Part shown: in pieces, positions 60,118-64,000 of the stretch
Layout of the letters: each line of letters begins with the position of its first letter
Position numbering within the stretch: position 1 is the stretch's first letter
Assembly: GCA_044226015.1 (NCBI GenBank)
Contig: JBGAHS010000002.1
Span: forward strand, 1,075,435 to 1,139,434
Direction of reading: 5' to 3'
Length of the DNA stretch: 64,000 bases
From: Candidatus Obscuribacteraceae bacterium
Lineage (GTDB): Bacteria; Cyanobacteriota; Vampirovibrionia; Obscuribacterales; Obscuribacteraceae
The notes under the pieces: generated by a model
Told to the model about the DNA's origin: nothing
The model's input: the letters and a program-made list of their open reading frames with translations, nothing else
Databases searched by the model: none
Translations under genes and position numbers: made by a program

Positions 60118-61176
60118 ATGCTCGTGGATATCCGTTGTGTAGCATCTAAAGTGCTATCATCTTGCCATTCTGCACCTCTGGAAAAATCAGTGGAAAACGA
60201 AACACTAAGTCTCTTGACTCCTCCTCCGCAAGATCTGCTCATAAACTGGCTTGCTGAAATGTATGGAAAAAGGGTCGAAATAGAGAAACGGCAGGTTCTA
60301 CGGCACCGCGATCTTTCGTTTGTTGAGCGCTTATGGGTTCACGATGCTTTTCCTAAAACACTGATCTACAAAGTAGTATTACCACCGTGGGATATCGAAC
60401 AAGACCTGCACGAGCACATTCTGATTCCTGGGGTTTCAAACTCCGCGCGCCTTTATTTAGCCGGCAACCACTTGAATCAAACAGCTATGTTGATGGAAGA
60501 CCTGGGAGAGCAAGAACTCGTAGCAAGTTTGGAGACCAACACAGATTTACCTAACCGTGTGGGCACCGAGTTGGCAAAGTTACATCGAGCATTTACTTAT
60601 CGCATACAGGAGGTCCAGGGAACAGGAGTTCTTCGCAACCTGCTGCCGGCGGACTTCAAAAACCTTCTCTTGCAAATGAAGCAGGAACTCTACAATTGGG
60701 CAATCATCGATTCAGCCCAAGAAAAATTATTAGATGAAATCGGCTCGATGCTCAGCGAAAGGCTTGCCGACGAACCAGTTTCTCTCGTGCATGGCGATTT
60801 ATATGCAGAGAATATGTTATTCGACGGACAACACCTCTGGATCATTGACTGGTCCTGGTTCACAAAAATAAGCACACCAATTCTAGATCTTGCAACTTTG
60901 ACTATGGATCACTTTAAGAACGGAGCACTTCGTGAAAAAAGCGCAGAGGTTCTCGAGGCTTATTGTGCAGAATACAGCCGGCCGCTGGAAGAAACAAAAG
61001 AAAAACTGCCCTATGCTGAGCTACTTAGCCGAGTGCTGTTTCTTGAATGGCTAATCGAACGACGCAGACGTGGCATCATGGGTACTACTGTCGGACCTGT
61101 GGAGATAGTAATAGCAAGCGTGCTGGCTGAATTAAATCTGCGATTCCAGACTTGCGCAAAATTGGCTCCTCCGTAA
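60118..61176 (+). CDS. Aminoglycoside phosphotransferase/choline-kinase-like protein (start uncertain)
   Basis: LMEDLG, LAKLH, HGDLYAEN, IIDW. Confidence 0.85.
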   Translation: MLVDIRCVASKVLSSCHSAPLEKSVENETLSLLTPPPQDLLINWLAEMYGKRVEIEKRQVLRHRDLSFVERLWVHDAFPKTLIYKVVLPPWDIEQDLHEHILIPGVSNSARLYLAGNHLNQTAMLMEDLGEQELVASLETNTDLPNRVGTELAKLHRAFTYRIQEVQGTGVLRNLLPADFKNLLLQMKQELYNWAIIDSAQEKLLDEIGSMLSERLADEPVSLVHGDLYAENMLFDGQHLWIIDWSWFTKISTPILDLATLTMDHFKNGALREKSAEVLEAYCAEYSRPLEETKEKLPYAELLSRVLFLEWLIERRRRGIMGTTVGPVEIVIASVLAELNLRFQTCAKLAPP

Positions 61177-61180
61177 ACAC

Positions 61181-61233
61181 AATTTTGATCGATATCGACC
61201 AAATAACGCGTTTTAAATCGATATCGATCAAAT
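61181..61233. repeat. Pair of imperfect GATCGATATCGATC palindromes right after a stop codon
   Basis: Cores at 61187 (GATCGATATCGACC) and 61216 (AATCGATATCGATC). Confidence 0.88.
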
Positions 61234-61700
61234 CGAACATTTGTTTGTGGCGATTCAAATCGACTCAAGACCAATAGTCCCCGACCTCTCGTGAGGAGGA
61301 GGACATCGCAACTACGGACTCATCGGAATAGGACTGCAAAGAACTAGCGCAGAATCTATAAGGCTGCAAAAAATAATCCTTCTGCTCTACTTTCGCAAAA
61401 CAGAAAAAGGTATTCGATGTGGTGACTTACAATGGTGCCACTTTGGAAATAGGGATGTTGTTATATCTGTCCTAACAATACGATCTGTCCTAACAATCGT
61501 TCTGTAGCGGCGATACATTGCTCACAGAGTCCGAGCCTGCGCCCCGAAACCAAGCAATGACAATGATGTACAGAGAAGACAAGATGCTCCTAACAGCCTG
61601 CAAAAAGGTGATGACACCATAAGGTACTGCACTGACTTTTCGAAAAAAACAAGTCAAAATCATCGGTAAGATCGCAAGAGAAAAACAGCTACATATTCAA

Positions 61701-62738
61701 CTAAGCGGCGTCTACCGCCGGAATTCGAACTCTAGCTGGCGAAGAATAGCCCTGTAACACAGCAGGAGTCGGCATCTCAAAACGCGCTACCTTGCTCCAG
61801 AAGCCTATTGTCTCACTCTCTTCTCGCAGTGAGTTCCAATACCAAGCCAAATACAGCTGAAGGTACTTTCTACTGATGCGCTGCCAAGTTTTTTTACATT
61901 CAGCAATGAATCCAGCAATAACTGCCATTGCTGCGACGGAGTTCCAAACTCGTTTCTCTGCCTGATTTATGAGCTTGTATGAATTTCCCTGGTTTGACTC
62001 CACAAGTCCCTTAAATTGGAGGCTCGTGATAGTCATCACTAAGTCGGAAAAATCAAATTTAGTCTTTTCGATGAGTTCGTCAATTGTCTGGAATGCGATC
62101 TCCGAAAGCTGTTCCAACACTGCCTTCTCACCAGGCAACAAATCAGTATTAGCACTTCCATCTAAACTCTGGGAATCCGGATAATTATGATCATGTTGCT
62201 GGTCACAATGCGGCTCGCAAAAATCGAAACAATCAGGGAAAATTCGGTCAAACGGTAACTGTTCTGCGCTCGGATGAGCATTCGCCGGTGTCTCGGAACT
62301 TCTTCTGCAGAACAATTCCAAAAATACTTGTGAAAAAGCTTCCGGCACTCCAACCATTTCGCCATCTAGAAACAAACCTACCGTCTTCTTAATACGATCT
62401 GCAGTCGAATAGGCGACCTGAAATATCAGGTGGAATCGATTTGCAGAGATTTTCACTCGCTTTTGAGCATACCAAAAGCCTGCGAACCACTCTCTCACTC
62501 TGAGCACACGATGAAACACCGTTCCAACAAAACTTGGATACTCTGCACCACAATAGGTACATTCATAGTGCCTGGGATCCGCTGTTTCGACGAAGTCATT
62601 TTGTTCGCAACGACTGCATTCTTGCCAATTTACTTTTGATGCCTCAATCAGCACTTTGAAGCATGAATCTTCATCCGGAAATTGTTCGTTAAAAAGCGGC
62701 AACAGTGCAAGAATTTCGCATTCTTCTTTATCACTCAT
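61701..62738 (-). CDS. IS1595-transposase-derived protein (Zn ribbon-HTH-winged helix-IS1595 C-terminus), no DDE core visible
   Basis: FPDEDSC..CSRC..YECTYC..GTVF; ISA..F..IFQVAYSTA; ISRKYLQLYL; central DprA-WH-like segment. Confidence 0.72.
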   Translation of the reverse strand: MSDKEECEILALLPLFNEQFPDEDSCFKVLIEASKVNWQECSRCEQNDFVETADPRHYECTYCGAEYPSFVGTVFHRVLRVREWFAGFWYAQKRVKISANRFHLIFQVAYSTADRIKKTVGLFLDGEMVGVPEAFSQVFLELFCRRSSETPANAHPSAEQLPFDRIFPDCFDFCEPHCDQQHDHNYPDSQSLDGSANTDLLPGEKAVLEQLSEIAFQTIDELIEKTKFDFSDLVMTITSLQFKGLVESNQGNSYKLINQAEKRVWNSVAAMAVIAGFIAECKKTWQRISRKYLQLYLAWYWNSLREESETIGFWSKVARFEMPTPAVLQGYSSPARVRIPAVDAA

Positions 62739-62990
62739 GGAATTTCACCTCTCACGAAGGGGCTAATCCTATAACGTTGAGAATGCGAAAATAGTTCAAA
62801 AAATGGAGATAAAAAGAGCAATCAAAGCAGTCGATTTAACGTGATTGTCAAGCCCCCGAAGCGGTTTTGAGGTTTTTCTGATAACAGCTTCTTGTATGTT
62901 GAGAAACCAAATTTAGACTTTTTGAAAAGAACTTTTTAGATAGAAGTGAATAGAATTTTGGGCACGGCAAAATCGTGCGCAACGGCAACC

Positions 62991-63448
62991 GCATTCAGTC
63001 AATCGTGCACGCAGCCAGATTGCGCGGCACAATGATTCACACAGGACACAGAGCAATCGGATTTGGATAGCTATTTGCATTCAGTCAATCGCGCACGCAG
63101 CCAGATTGCGCGGCACAATGATTCACACAGGACACAGAGCAATCGGATTTGGATAGCTATTTGCATTCAGTCAATCGCGCACGCAGCCAGATTGCGCGGC
63201 ACAATGATTCACACAGGACACAGAGCAATCGGATTTGGATAGCTATTTGCATTCAGTCAATCGCGCACGCAGCCAGATTGCGCGGCACAATGATTCACAC
63301 AGCACACAGAGCAATCGGATTTGGACAGATCATCTGCACTCAGTCATGCTCGCAATGCAATCGGATTTGGACAGATCATCTGCACTCAGTCATGCTCGCA
63401 ATGCAATCGGATTTGGACAGATCATCTGCACTCAGTCATGCTCGCAAT
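62991..63448. repeat. Compound tandem repeat: ~4 x 86 bp then 3 x 46 bp
   Basis: GCATTCAGTCAATCG at 62991, 63077, 63163, 63249; GCAATCGGATTTGGACAG at 63311, 63357, 63403. Confidence 0.96.
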
Positions 63449-63721
63449 ATGAATCAACCTAAGTTAAGCTAGATTTGCACGCGGCTACTGAACCCGTCGG
63501 ATTCGCACGGATTCGCGACAGTTACCCGCATGCGAAAATTCCCTTGTGAGCGACAGAAAACGTGATTCAGCAGCTTCTCTTTTCTTCTGCGCAAGCGTTG
63601 CTTCATTCAGATTTTGCGTGGAAGCCGCTGCACCAAGAAAGCATTCACCTGTTCATGCTACAAGCTAGAGAATAGTAGGTCCAATTTAATAAGAAGATTA
63701 GGCGAAATACTTGTTCTTCCG

Positions 63722-64000
63722 CTAAAATTTCCAATAAGGAGCATTTGTAAGTCGTTCAAATCCATCCGCAGTTACCACGAGATCGTCTTCTATACGGACG
63801 CCTCCGAAGCCCTCGATGTAGATCCCTGGCTCATCGGTAACAACCATACCTTCCTGAAATGGATCATTCAAATAATCATAGGGATCATGCGCCACCAACC
63901 CCAGACTGTGCCCCAGCCCATGGGAGAAGTATTTTCCATAGCCACATGATTCTATGTAATCACGCGCAACTCTATCAAATTCTGTGTACATGATTCCCGG
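63722..64000 (-). CDS. Xaa-Pro aminopeptidase (M24 family), C-terminal part only
   Basis: [35 protein letters not shown]; gene begins beyond the window. Confidence 0.93.
   Translation of the reverse strand, partial: PGIMYTEFDRVARDYIESCGYGKYFSHGLGHSLGLVAHDPYDYLNDPFQEGMVVTDEPGIYIEGFGGVRIEDDLVVTADGFERLTNAPYWKF

Noticed and set aside
61300..62990. Intact IS1595 element with terminal inverted repeats
   Set aside because: No convincing inverted repeats or target duplication found by eye; only a 15-bp direct repeat at 61465/61483; catalytic residues not visible

Overview
64 kb of bacterial chromosome. The cyanobacteria-like RpsR, the lack of photosynthesis genes in this window and the giant low-complexity proteins suggest a non-photosynthetic cyanobacterial relative (Vampirovibrionia/Melainabacteria, Obscuribacterales-like); this assignment is inference. 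Housekeeping genes (mnmG, dinB, murF, pyrB, pyrC, rpsR, coaE, an M24 peptidase), two hybrid histidine kinases and two glycogen-debranching enzymes are interleaved with lineage-specific proteins and many intergenic repeats. Main find (37.5-45.5 kb): a graspetide-type RiPP locus. An ATP-grasp ligase lies beside a 473-aa protein carrying a plesiocin-like leader motif (LFIADL, cf. LFIEDL) and 18 tandem [T/S]xxxxE cores. These are fused to a C-terminal beta-rich domain shared with three neighbouring paralogues, suggesting a macrocyclised full-size protein rather than a small peptide. Other highlights: a dispersed palindromic element (core GATCGATATCGATC or single-base variants, 15 copies, often 62 bp apart), an IS1595-derived protein whose DDE core appears replaced by a DprA-like winged helix plus an inverted decayed copy of it, many unrelated intergenic tandem arrays, a CTG-initiated P-loop kinase and an unannotated 52-aa ORF. 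No rRNA, tRNA or CRISPR was recognised. All homology calls come from motif recognition by eye; no searches were run.
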